Positions 20,737 through 30,210 of a DNA stretch of 64,000 nucleotides are shown here, piece by piece. The position numbers and the translations under genes were made by a program. Positions within the stretch are counted from its first letter, which is position 1, and every line of letters starts with the position of its first letter. Source of the DNA: an uncultured delta proteobacterium (GTDB lineage Bacteria > Desulfobacterota > Binatia > UBA9968); contig CAWDPO010000017.1 of NCBI GenBank assembly GCA_963804165.1, forward strand, positions 384,001 to 448,000, written 5' to 3'. Under the pieces are notes generated by a model, which did no database searches, was not told where the DNA came from, and worked only from the letters and a program-made list of their open reading frames with translations.

Positions 20737-22131
20737 ATGCCGTTGCCGATAAAGTCCGGGACCTTGCCGACTTCGAATCATTACGAAGCGCTCGCCCTGA
20801 CAAATAACCCGTTTCCGAGCGACCCGATCATCCGGCCTCGTTCCACCGACCGGCGCACGAACGGCGCGATTTTCGCGGACGGATGCCGCAAGGAGGTCAT
20901 CTCTCGATTTGAGAAGCTCCTCTTGCGTGGCCCGGACTTCGAAAATCGCGCACGCATGGCGCTGCTGTGGTCAGAGGGTGACAAGGAAACCGGCCGCGGA
21001 ACCGGAAAAACGGCGCTCCTTCGCCACTTCCAACACCGAATCAACAATGACTGGGGTGCAACTGAATTCCGGCAGTTCAGTGCGGCGGTCATCTACGTCT
21101 GTTTCCCTGACCAGGTCGATCGCCTGTTCTCAGAGCAGCTTGCGTGGGCGGCCCTCGTCGACGCTCAGGACTCCGGGCTGATTCGCGCCGCGAGCGCGAT
21201 GCTACGCCTCGGGGAGATTCAGAAGCGTTGGCCGAAACAGAGTGATGCACTGCTTGAGGAAATGAAGCGTGCGGAATCTGAGAGCCGCGACTCTGTAGAC
21301 GTGCTGTTCGACGACCAAGTGCTCAAAACCACCGGCCTTATCGTCGAGGACGTCGTCAGCGCCGTCGTCGAACATTTGACTGACGCTGAGGTCAAGGCTG
21401 CGGTCGCCGAAGCGCTTGCCGCTGCGGACCTCACGGGACACCTCCGTTCCTTTCGTCGAGACGGTGAGGTGCGGCCGTACTACGTCCAGCGAGAAACCAA
21501 GGGCCTTACGCATGCGAAGGACGTTCTCTTCAACGACGTCGTCCGCTTCTTAAAGGAGGCAGGATTCGCCGGTGCGTACCTATTCATCGACGACGTCGAA
21601 AACCTCACGGACCAGATGGCGAACAAGGAGACAATCGAGTTTGCCAAGGAGCTTGCGCTGTGCCTTGTGCGTCCAGGGCGTGCATCTGGCGACACGCGCT
21701 TCTTTACCGGCGTGCTCACAACGCACCAGCAGGCGGCAACGAAACTCGCTCGAGGCTGGGGCGAAGCTGGCCTCCAGGGCGTGGCACGGTTGGATGCTAC
21801 GGCGGAGACGTCGGTCAAGGTACCTCTGCCCTCTGAAGATGGCGCATTGGAGATGTTGGGGGAGTACATCATACATCACCGGCTGCCGAGCAAGATTGAT
21901 TTGGAGCCGCTTCATCCATTCACCGAGGCTGCCGCACGCAAGCTGGTATCCGGTGTAAAGCCTGCGCTTCACCCACGCACCTTTCTCCAAAAGGCACATT
22001 TCGCCGTGCGGCAAGCCGCTGACGATGGCTTGAATTCCATCGAGGTGGCGCAGATCGAAAAGCTTTTTACCAACATGGGCGTCGAAGCGACCGCGAGCAC
22101 GGGCGAGCCTGAAACCTTTGACACCTACTGA
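20737..22131 (+). CDS. P-loop AAA+ ATPase with a large helical insert
   Basis: RBS GGAGG. N-terminal LTNNPFP, Walker A GRGTGKT, Walker B YLFIDDVE, lid-like HPFTEAAAR...HPRTFL. Confidence 0.85.
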   Translation: MPLPIKSGTLPTSNHYEALALTNNPFPSDPIIRPRSTDRRTNGAIFADGCRKEVISRFEKLLLRGPDFENRARMALLWSEGDKETGRGTGKTALLRHFQHRINNDWGATEFRQFSAAVIYVCFPDQVDRLFSEQLAWAALVDAQDSGLIRAASAMLRLGEIQKRWPKQSDALLEEMKRAESESRDSVDVLFDDQVLKTTGLIVEDVVSAVVEHLTDAEVKAAVAEALAAADLTGHLRSFRRDGEVRPYYVQRETKGLTHAKDVLFNDVVRFLKEAGFAGAYLFIDDVENLTDQMANKETIEFAKELALCLVRPGRASGDTRFFTGVLTTHQQAATKLARGWGEAGLQGVARLDATAETSVKVPLPSEDGALEMLGEYIIHHRLPSKIDLEPLHPFTEAAARKLVSGVKPALHPRTFLQKAHFAVRQAADDGLNSIEVAQIEKLFTNMGVEATASTGEPETFDTY

Positions 22132-22297
22132 CAGGATCGTTTCCCGCGACGGTATGTGCCTTGGACTGGGTCGAGAAAGGGGTTCGTACAGTGAATACTG
22201 AAACAGCGTCTTCGGCCTCGCGAAAATGCTGGCAGTGCCGTCGTCTTCGATAACCGGCAAGCCCTGCCGTCGCAACAGGGTGAGTCAAACCCTCGGG

Positions 22298-22343
22298 GCA
22301 ACAACCGCAACAACCGGGCGCAACAACCGGGTCAGGCTTGCAT
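22298..22343 (+). repeat. Triplicated GCAACAACCG followed by GGTCAGGCTTGCA
   Basis: Copies start at 22298, 22307 and 22320, at the right boundary of the three-gene module. Confidence 0.6.
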
Positions 22344-22414
22344 AGATGAATGTAGGTTGAACGAGGATGATCGGCGATGGATTTCCGACGCCATCCTCGA
22401 TCTTCTATCCTCGG

Positions 22415-23425
22415 TTAGTTTAGCTCCAGCCCCACCACCTTCGCCGGATTCTTCGTACACACCGTGTAAAGCTCGTCCTGATTCAAGCCGAAGGCTTCCA
22501 TGTACCCGCGCACGAGGCGCATCGCTTCGACGGAGTCGGGGAAGAGCGGCTCGCCGGCGTCGCTGGAAAGCGTGAAATGCTCCGGGCCGACGTCGCGGAT
22601 GGTGTTGTACATGATCTGCGGGTCGACGCCGAGGAGCGGGGAGAGCTCGTCCCAGGTGAAGTTAAAAAGAATCCCGACCGGCGCGAGCTCTTTCATCATG
22701 TCCGGCGAGACGTTCAAGAACGGGCTGTAAGGATGATCGATGACCGCGCGTTTGAGGCCGGCCTTGTCGACTTCTTCAGCAAGCTTATAAATTTCAGAAT
22801 GGGTGGCGTGGCCGAAAAACAGCGCGACGTTGCGATCGGCGCAGAGATGCACAATGTCGCGGATTTCCGGTTTCAACTTGCCGTTCTCATCGAGATCGTA
22901 GTGGCCGACCTGCATCGCTTCATCCCATGGCAGCGGGCCGGTCCAACCCGGAGAGTTGCGGCTTTGCACGAAGCGTCCGTAAGTTCCGACCGTGCTCATG
23001 GTAATCACGTGGGTGAACACCGGCAGCCAGACCGCGGCGATGCCGCGATCGATCATCGCGCTCACCGTCTTCGCCGAGATCGGCGCCATTTGCCGGCCGC
23101 ACACGTAACTCGACCAGCAAGTGATCGGCGTGACGCCTTCCTTTTCCGCCCAGCGATTGACATCATCCTGAACGTCTTGCGTAGCTTTGACCGGATCGTC
23201 CCCGGGAATGCTTTTGAACAACAGGCCTTTCATTTCTGCTAGCGAAGCGCGCTTTGCCAAGTCATAGGGGTCTTGCTGTCCTTCGTGGGTATGGCAGTGG
23301 ATGTCGATGGCATCTTTGACTTTGATATGCGGCGGATGCACGACGCCCGGCTTATATTGCGTGCGCGCGGCATAGGAAGTGACGCAGCGTTCGTGGGTCG
23401 GGGTGGAGACGGTGGGGTTACTCAT
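22415..23425 (-). CDS. Amidohydrolase-fold metalloprotein (DUF6282-like)
   Basis: DIHCHT, FFGH, VIDHP and LSSDAG form a TIM-barrel metal-ligand pattern. Confidence 0.75.
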   Translation of the reverse strand: MSNPTVSTPTHERCVTSYAARTQYKPGVVHPPHIKVKDAIDIHCHTHEGQQDPYDLAKRASLAEMKGLLFKSIPGDDPVKATQDVQDDVNRWAEKEGVTPITCWSSYVCGRQMAPISAKTVSAMIDRGIAAVWLPVFTHVITMSTVGTYGRFVQSRNSPGWTGPLPWDEAMQVGHYDLDENGKLKPEIRDIVHLCADRNVALFFGHATHSEIYKLAEEVDKAGLKRAVIDHPYSPFLNVSPDMMKELAPVGILFNFTWDELSPLLGVDPQIMYNTIRDVGPEHFTLSSDAGEPLFPDSVEAMRLVRGYMEAFGLNQDELYTVCTKNPAKVVGLELN

Positions 23426-23713
23426 AAGAGTCGTTCTCCTTTGTTTAACTTGATTAGATGTTGCTACAATCGCGATGAGTTTGTCAAAGCGTTTCGAAAC
23501 GGTAGAGGTTCAAGCCGTTCAAAACGTTCAATCCCCCGGATCAAGTCCGGGGTCCGTTCAAGTCGTTTAACGCTAAGATCAGAAAGGGCTTAGGCAGGCA
23601 ATAGTTTTGGGAGCCGAAGGGAATGGAGAAATTCGAGTTGGTTTTTGTCCCATTGTTGATATAAGAACGGGTCGGTTGTTAGGGGACTTGCGCGACTACA
23701 CGGAGGACCGGGT

Positions 23714-24727
23714 ATGAGGCGAGACGGCTTCAATTCACAATACTGGACATCTTGTTTGGTCTTCGTGTGGATTCTGCTCTTGCCCGGTTCGAGACTTTTC
23801 GCGGCGGACAAGGTCAATATGATCTACACCGCGCGCGTGATGTCGCAGGCCTATCCCTGGTTCGCTCAGGAGGCGGGACTTTTCAAGAAGTATGATCTGG
23901 ATGTTCCGCTGGTTTTCGTCACGCCGGGCGCTCCTTCGGTGGCGGCGATCTTATCGGGCGACAGCGAGATCGCCATCATTGGCGCGGCAAGCATCACCCG
24001 GCCGTTTGTGCAGGGAAACAAGGATCCGGTCTTGATCGGCGGCATCAAGAGTTTGCTGACTCACAGCATCATCGCCAAGCCGGACATCAAACGGCCCGAG
24101 CAACTCAAGGGTAAACGCATCGGCGTCTCGCGCATCGGCAGCAATCCGCATTATTTCGCGGTGCAGGCGCTGCGCCACTTTGGTATCGAATCGCGTGAGG
24201 TCAGCTACATTCAGGCCGGCGGCGCGCCGGAGACACTCGCGGCGCTGGTGGCCCAAGGAATCGATGCGGCGGTGTTGACCGTGCCGACAGACGCGCAAGC
24301 GCTCAAGCTCGGTTATCACTATGTCGTCTATGGTCCGGACCTTGGCATCGCCTACGCCGCGACGACGATCACGACGCGTCGCTCGATCATCGCCAAGCGC
24401 GGCCCGGTCATCGGCCGCGTGATGCGCGCCTTGGCGGAGGCCGCGAAGATCATGCACACGGACAGAGAATATATGTACAAGGTCATGGTAAAGTATCTCC
24501 GCGTCGACGACCGCAAACTTTTGGAAGCGAGTTTCAACGTGGAAAGCAAAGCGCTGGAGCCGAGACTGGCAATAAAACTGGAAGGCATCCAATCAACGCT
24601 CGACGAGATCGCGCCGACCGACCCGCGCGCGAAGGCCGTGAAGCCGCAAGAGATGATCGACACACGCTATCTCGACGAAATGGAAAAAACCGGCTTCATG
24701 GAACAGCTTTGGGGTGGAAGGAAGTAA
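23714..24727 (+). CDS. NMT1/SsuA-like substrate-binding protein
   Basis: EAGLFKKYDL, EQLKGKRIGVSRIG, GGAPETLAAL. Confidence 0.88.
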   Translation: MRRDGFNSQYWTSCLVFVWILLLPGSRLFAADKVNMIYTARVMSQAYPWFAQEAGLFKKYDLDVPLVFVTPGAPSVAAILSGDSEIAIIGAASITRPFVQGNKDPVLIGGIKSLLTHSIIAKPDIKRPEQLKGKRIGVSRIGSNPHYFAVQALRHFGIESREVSYIQAGGAPETLAALVAQGIDAAVLTVPTDAQALKLGYHYVVYGPDLGIAYAATTITTRRSIIAKRGPVIGRVMRALAEAAKIMHTDREYMYKVMVKYLRVDDRKLLEASFNVESKALEPRLAIKLEGIQSTLDEIAPTDPRAKAVKPQEMIDTRYLDEMEKTGFMEQLWGGRK

Positions 24728-25010
24728 GAACCAAATAAGCATATTCGCTAATGCTTCGTCTGCGGGAAAAAATTTTAGTAGGACTCGCCGCCTGCTGTTT
24801 AAGCAGCGCATGAGCAACAAATGAGCATTAGCAGCGCTGGCGAATTATACCCCACTGAAATAAAGGTAATGTGAGCGAAACGCCGTGGCATAAGCATTGC
24901 TCTATGGCCGAAGAGTTTGGCGAGCACACTCTAATTTAGTATTCGGGCTTTTGCTGTTGCGGGCACGAGTTCCATCAAAGAGGTTTTCGAAACATGAGAG
25001 GAGAATTGAC

Positions 25011-26060
25011 ATGAGTCGTCAGCAGGTTTTATCGACCACTATCAAACGAGGGATCGTTTTTTGGACAATCGCCTTCGCCCTGGCGTTTTGCGGGATTTTT
25101 GCCGGTGACGTTTCGGCGGCTTCGGATTCCCTCGATCAACTTTATGAGAAAGCTAAAAAGGAAGGAAAGATCACGCTCTATGCGCCGCTTTCCGCACAGG
25201 CGATGACGGTCGTTCCGGCCGGTTTCATGAAGCGATTTCCCGGCATCACGGTCGATCATATCGACGGCACCAGCGATAAGCTGATCGCCCGCGTCCTCGC
25301 CGAGCAGAAGGGCGGACGGGTGATCGCCGATGTCCTCAGCGGAGCTCTCACCTATTTGCCGCAGATCCTGGACCTGAAGATTGTTGCGCCTTTAGTCGTG
25401 CCGGAGGCTGCGCCGTATCCCGCACAGCTCAAGGGCGACCTTTGGGTCGCGACCGACATGCAATTTTACATCGCTGGTTGGAACACTAATCTCGTCAAAA
25501 AAGGCGAGGAGCCAAAGGGCTACGAGGAGCTGGGGAACGCTAAATGGAAAGATAGCCTCATGGGCGAGCCGCGCGATTACCAAATGCTGGTCGGATTTGC
25601 CAAGCGGAAGTTTAACAACGATGAAAAGGCAGTCGATCTGTTTAAAAAAATCGCGGCCAACCAGGTCGAGTTTCACCGCGGCCATTCTCAGTTGATCGAG
25701 TTTCTCGTGGCCGGCCAGCGCCCCGTTTGTTTTACTTGCTACTCGCACCATTTTCCGGGACGGGTAAAGAAAGGCGCGCCTATTCAAGCGTTGCTGAACG
25801 AAGGCGTGGGTGAAATCGGTGGGTCCACGACTATGCTAAAAGGCGCGCCCCATCCCAACGCCGCCTTGCTGTGGGTGCGTTGGGCCGTTAGCGAAGAAGG
25901 GCAAAAAGTCTATGCGCAGGCCGGTGAAACTCCCGCCCATCCCAAAGTGGAACCTTTGGAAAAAATCCGGCCGGCGACGCCGTACATGCTTACGATCGAC
26001 GACGTTAAGGAATTTCCCAAGTATGAAAAAATATGGAAGGAGATCTTCCAAATTCGTTGA
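25011..26060 (+). CDS. ABC extracellular solute-binding protein, AfuA/Fe3+-thiamine type
   Basis: ATG after GAGGAG. AKKEGKITLY, WNTNLVK, APHPNAALLW...SEEGQ. Confidence 0.87.
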   Translation: MSRQQVLSTTIKRGIVFWTIAFALAFCGIFAGDVSAASDSLDQLYEKAKKEGKITLYAPLSAQAMTVVPAGFMKRFPGITVDHIDGTSDKLIARVLAEQKGGRVIADVLSGALTYLPQILDLKIVAPLVVPEAAPYPAQLKGDLWVATDMQFYIAGWNTNLVKKGEEPKGYEELGNAKWKDSLMGEPRDYQMLVGFAKRKFNNDEKAVDLFKKIAANQVEFHRGHSQLIEFLVAGQRPVCFTCYSHHFPGRVKKGAPIQALLNEGVGEIGGSTTMLKGAPHPNAALLWVRWAVSEEGQKVYAQAGETPAHPKVEPLEKIRPATPYMLTIDDVKEFPKYEKIWKEIFQIR

Positions 26061-26209
26061 ATGGACCAGGTGAATACAATTCTTGGCCCACAGTTGGCGC
26101 GCGCGTCTTGCGGGGCGATTTATAGATGAAAGTTTGCAGGTCTACGGAAGGACGCAGTTGCGGCGCATCGGCATGATTTAGCGGGGATGTGAAAGCCGAC
26201 GCGCCGCAA

Positions 26210-26470
26210 TCGATCGGATTACTATGCTTGTTGCACCGCCCGTCAATTTCCACGAATTCGGACCGACCGGACGGCCGAAGGTCCAATATTCCCCGAATTC
26301 GATTGGCTCGGAGTTGCTGCCGGTGACGACGGCGCCGGTCTTGGCATCGACCGTGTAATCGAGGAGATTGGCGCGAAGCCGGACGGTGATGAAGTCCTCG
26401 CCGTTCTCCGTCCACACTTCGCTGACTTCGCTTTCGAGCAAGGTAATATTTTCTATGCGGTTTTGTGGTC
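26210..26470 (-). pseudogene. Duplicated 3' fragment of the Tim44-domain gene
   Basis: Near-identical to the C-terminus of 30211-31176 (EVWTENGEDFITVRL.ANLLDYTVDAKTG...). It has no N-terminus. Confidence 0.85.
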
Positions 26471-26654
26471 TGCCCCATTCTCGACGAAGCAATCCGAATT
26501 CACGGACGCAGCTCTGAAATTCTGTTCGGCGATCTAATCGCGGTTTTCTGCAGCGGCGAATCTTTACTGTAAGCTCCTTCGAAAATTGGGGTCGGGGCCG
26601 CGCGAGTGGCCCACTTAAGCCGATCGGCGACAGTGCCCCATTCCTTCCCCTTGA

Positions 26655-26820
26655 GAGACTGTTCTCAATGTCATTCTGAGGAGTGGAGCGACGAAGAATC
26701 TGCTTTTGGTTTTGGGGTTTCGGACACCATGCCGATTCAACCCGAATACGGAAGAAAAAGCAGATCCTTCGCTAGGCTCAGGATGACGCAGGGCAAATTT
26801 TTGGATTGAGACACAGTCTC
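26655..26820. repeat. Composite REP-like palindrome
   Basis: TGTCATTCTGAG..GAAGAATCTGCTTTT / AAAAGCAGATCCTTCG..CTCAGGATGAC (26669-26787), inside the outer IR GAGACTGTTCTCAA / TTGAGACACAGTCTC. Confidence 0.8.
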
Positions 26821-27049
26821 GAAGACAAAGGTAGGGATGATAGTTTAATCAGTTCCCAAGCACCCCTATCCCGGCCTTTCCCTATCAAGGGGAAAGGAGT
26901 CTAAGTAAGATGCAGCGATACGCCACTATTTTTCATCCTTCGCTGGTGAGCGTAAGCTCATGACCCACTTCGTTGTGATAGGCGGGCCTTTTTCTTATAA
27001 TCCGCGAAACTCTCCCCGTCATCAGACTTACGAACCTGGAGGTTGCAAG

Positions 27050-27880
27050 ATGGATTATGTTCGTTGGGTCGAAGCCCTCGACAAATCATTCAATCTTTTT
27101 ATCCAGAGAATCGCCGAGCATTTTCCGAATATCCTGGGCAGCATTTTGCTCGTCCTCGTTGGATGGCTCCTGGCGCGGCTGCTGCGCGCGGCGATCATAC
27201 GATTGAGCGGTAGGCTCGACGGCTTGTTCCACAGCCAGATCAGGGACGATTTCCTCAGACGCTTGGGCGTCGAGCGGCCGGCCTCGACTTTAATCGGCGG
27301 CATCGTCTTCTGGCTCGTGTTTCTGGTTTTCTTCACGGCGGCCACCGAGACCTTGGGGCTGCCGGTGCTGGCGACGTGGCTGAGCGGAGTGTCTTATTAC
27401 CTGCCGCGCATTTTAGTCTCCGCTTTGATCATTCTCGCCGGTTTGTTTGCCGGCAATCTGGCGCGCGATGCCATCGCCGCGACGGCGGGCGCTGCCGGAC
27501 TTGCCTACAGCGAGCTGTTAGGCCGCGCCGTTTACGTCATTGTTCTGCTCGTCGCCATCGTGACCGGGGTCGACCAGTTGGGCATAGAGAGCCGGTTTTT
27601 GACCTTGACGATCACCGTGGTGATCGCTGCTCTGATCGGCGGCGCCGCGCTCGCCTTCGGGCTCGGCTCGCGCACGGCCGTGAGCAACATCATCGCCGCT
27701 CATTACCTCCGGCAGATTTACCGTGTTGGTCAAACCGTCAGAATCCACGACATCTACGGTCGCATCGCGGAGATCACACCGACATCCGTCATTCTCGACG
27801 GGCCGGAAGGACGCGTGCTCGTGCCGGCGAAGGATTTTAGTGAAGTCGCGTCGGTGTTGATCACCAAGGAGAGCGCATGA
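27050..27880 (+). CDS. Small-conductance mechanosensitive channel-like membrane protein (TM-helix repeat, MscS-like)
   Basis: Repeated PNILGSILLVLVGW / LPRILVSALII, ALAFGLGSR, and a C-terminal MscS-like beta domain. Confidence 0.78.
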   Translation: MDYVRWVEALDKSFNLFIQRIAEHFPNILGSILLVLVGWLLARLLRAAIIRLSGRLDGLFHSQIRDDFLRRLGVERPASTLIGGIVFWLVFLVFFTAATETLGLPVLATWLSGVSYYLPRILVSALIILAGLFAGNLARDAIAATAGAAGLAYSELLGRAVYVIVLLVAIVTGVDQLGIESRFLTLTITVVIAALIGGAALAFGLGSRTAVSNIIAAHYLRQIYRVGQTVRIHDIYGRIAEITPTSVILDGPEGRVLVPAKDFSEVASVLITKESA

Positions 27881-28749
27881 ACTCCGACTGGCCGCTGGCG
27901 CGTGATTTTCTGGAAAAGCATCCTTACGAAGCGGGTCTGGTTTTGGAAAAACTCGCACCGGCGCGGATCGCAGAGCTTTTGCGGGAAGTTCCGCTGGCGA
28001 CGGTGGCGAGGGGATTGGAGCAAATGACTTCTTCGACCGGCGCCGCCTGCCTGCTCGCCTTTTCTCTCGACCATGCCGGCACCGTGATCGAGTCACTTTC
28101 GCTCGACGCCGCAGCGCGCATGCTGCGCTGCCTGCCGGCCGGCGAGCGCGATCGTTTGCTTGCAGCCGTTTCGGACCGGCGCGCAGAGCCATTGAGGCGT
28201 CTTCTCACTTACCCGCTCGGAACCGCGGGTGCGTTGATGGATCCTCGAGTACCGGCGCTGCCGGATTCGCTTCAGGTCGGCGATGCGCTGGAGCGCGTGC
28301 AGCGCACGCCTGAACATACTCTTTACTATCTTTATGTCGTCAACCGGGAACAAATGCTCGTCGGCGTGATAAACCTGCGCGAGTTGATGCTCGCGGTGCC
28401 GCAGGATCATCTTTCTGCGGTCATGCATACACATGTCGAGCGTTTGGCGGCCGGCGCGGCCCTGGCGACCATTCTGCTCCACCCGGCATGGCGCGAGTTC
28501 CACGCGCTGCCGGTCACGGACAGTCAAAACAAATTTTTGGGCGCCATTCGCTACAAAACCCTTAAAAGACTGGAACAAGAAAGCGCGCGGCAGCGTCCGC
28601 CGGACGAATCGCTCACCGCCTTGCTCAGTCTTGGCGAACTATGCTGGATCGGTTTTGCCGGGATGCTCACCGGACTTGCGGCAACCGTATTTCCGCGAGC
28701 ACTGCCGACGAACCGAGGCGAGGAGAGCACGCATGATTCCAATGACTGA
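27877..28749 (+). CDS. MgtE N-domain/CBS protein lacking the transmembrane domain
   Basis: LLTYPLGTAGALMDP, YYLYVV...LVGVINLREL, LPVTD. ATGA overlap with the upstream gene. Confidence 0.8.
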   Translation: MNSDWPLARDFLEKHPYEAGLVLEKLAPARIAELLREVPLATVARGLEQMTSSTGAACLLAFSLDHAGTVIESLSLDAAARMLRCLPAGERDRLLAAVSDRRAEPLRRLLTYPLGTAGALMDPRVPALPDSLQVGDALERVQRTPEHTLYYLYVVNREQMLVGVINLRELMLAVPQDHLSAVMHTHVERLAAGAALATILLHPAWREFHALPVTDSQNKFLGAIRYKTLKRLEQESARQRPPDESLTALLSLGELCWIGFAGMLTGLAATVFPRALPTNRGEESTHDSND

Positions 28750-30046
28750 ACCGGCCGCGGTAAATTTGGCGCAGGCGTATTTGCGACTCTATCCCGGCGA
28801 GGCTGCGCGAGTCTTGGAGACTCTTGCGGTCGATGAAATTGTCGCGCTCTTCGGGCGGGAGCCCGCGACGCAGTTGACGGCGCTTTTCGAACGTATCCTG
28901 CCCGACGTCGGCGCGGAAGTTTTGCAGCGCATGGACGCCGACGCCGCGAAAGACGTTCTGTCGAAGTTGGAGCCTGATCGCGCTGCCTTGCTGCTGTCGC
29001 GCGTCGATCAGGAAGCGCAAGCCGCTTTATTGCGAACCTTGGACGGCTGGCTCGCCAAAGAGTTGCAAAGTTTGATGACCTATCCTTTCGGAACCGCTGG
29101 CAGCCTCATGGACCCGCGCGCCACGGTGGCGCGGCCGGAAGCCACCGTGGCGGAGACCTTAAACGCGGTGCAGGCCGCCGGTCGTAAGCGTATTTACGAC
29201 GTCTGTGTCATTAACGACCAAGGCCAACTGGTCGGCACGGTGGCGCTCCAAGACCTGGCGGTGTCCGACGGCCAGGAACGGTTGGAAGAATTCTTGCGCG
29301 CGGCGCCGGTGAGCGTGAGCGCGATGGCGACGCGCGAACAAGTCGTCGACCTCATGACGCAGCACCAGCTCTCGAGCCTTCCGGTGGTCGACGCGGATAG
29401 TCGAATCGTCGGCATCATCCGCCATGACAAGTTGATCGCGGTGGCGCAGGAAGAAGCCAGCGCCGATATTCAGACCATGGTCGGCGCCAGCAAGGAAGAG
29501 CGGGCGTTGTCGGACGTATCGTTCGCGATTCGCAAAAGGCTGCCCTGGCTGCAAATCAATCTGGTGACAGCGTTCGTGGCCGCAACGGTGGTCGGGATCT
29601 TCGAGGGGCTCATCGCGAAATTTACGGCGCTGGCGGTGTTGCTGCCGATCGTTGCCGGACAATCGGGTAACACGGGCGCTCAGGCACTTGCCGTCACCAT
29701 GCGCGGGCTCGCGCTGCGCGAGATTCGCCCGCGTCATTGGCTGCGCGTCACATTTAAAGAAATCAACGTCGCCTTATTCAACGGTATCGCCGTCGCACTG
29801 ACCACCTCGCTCGGTGTCTATGTCTGGAGCCGCTCGATCGGCCTAGCTTTGGTGATCGGTGTCTCGATGATTATTTCGATGGTCGCCGCCGGATTGTCGG
29901 GCGCGGTGATACCGATGATCCTGCTCGCGCTCGGCCAAGATCCGGCGCAGTCATCATCGATCATTCTGACGACCGTGACGGACGTCGTCGGCTTTTTCAG
30001 CTTTCTCGGCCTCGCTACACTATTGGCTAGCATGCTGCCGACGTGA
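28733..30046 (+). CDS. mgtE: Magnesium transporter MgtE
   Basis: TAGSLM, CBS pair, RLPWL, GQSGNTGAQA, DPAQSS, TTVTDVVG. Confidence 0.92.
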   Translation: MIPMTEPAAVNLAQAYLRLYPGEAARVLETLAVDEIVALFGREPATQLTALFERILPDVGAEVLQRMDADAAKDVLSKLEPDRAALLLSRVDQEAQAALLRTLDGWLAKELQSLMTYPFGTAGSLMDPRATVARPEATVAETLNAVQAAGRKRIYDVCVINDQGQLVGTVALQDLAVSDGQERLEEFLRAAPVSVSAMATREQVVDLMTQHQLSSLPVVDADSRIVGIIRHDKLIAVAQEEASADIQTMVGASKEERALSDVSFAIRKRLPWLQINLVTAFVAATVVGIFEGLIAKFTALAVLLPIVAGQSGNTGAQALAVTMRGLALREIRPRHWLRVTFKEINVALFNGIAVALTTSLGVYVWSRSIGLALVIGVSMIISMVAAGLSGAVIPMILLALGQDPAQSSSIILTTVTDVVGFFSFLGLATLLASMLPT

Positions 30047-30210
30047 CGTATTGATTGGACCGACCGGAATGCAGTCCTTCGCCTGCAGTTGGCGCTCGCA
30101 TTTTATCTGAGCTGGTGAAGTTTTATGGATCTAAGGAAGGAATCAGGTGCGGCGCATCGGCGTGATTTAGCCGGGATGTGAAAGCCGACGCGCCGCAATC
30201 GATCGGATTA

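Noticed and set aside
20737-22131. Calling the ATPase BrxD/BrxC, TniB/TnsC or ExeA
   Set aside because: No BREX, transposase or secretion genes are nearby, and only generic AAA+ motifs can be seen.
22298-22330. Possible CRISPR array
   Set aside because: The units are about 10 nt with no spacers, and no cas genes are present. The same applies to the heptamer arrays.
30148-30198. Conserved hairpin as a novel ncRNA (second copy near 26160-26208)
   Set aside because: The second copy is explained by the duplication, and its position between convergent genes fits a terminator.
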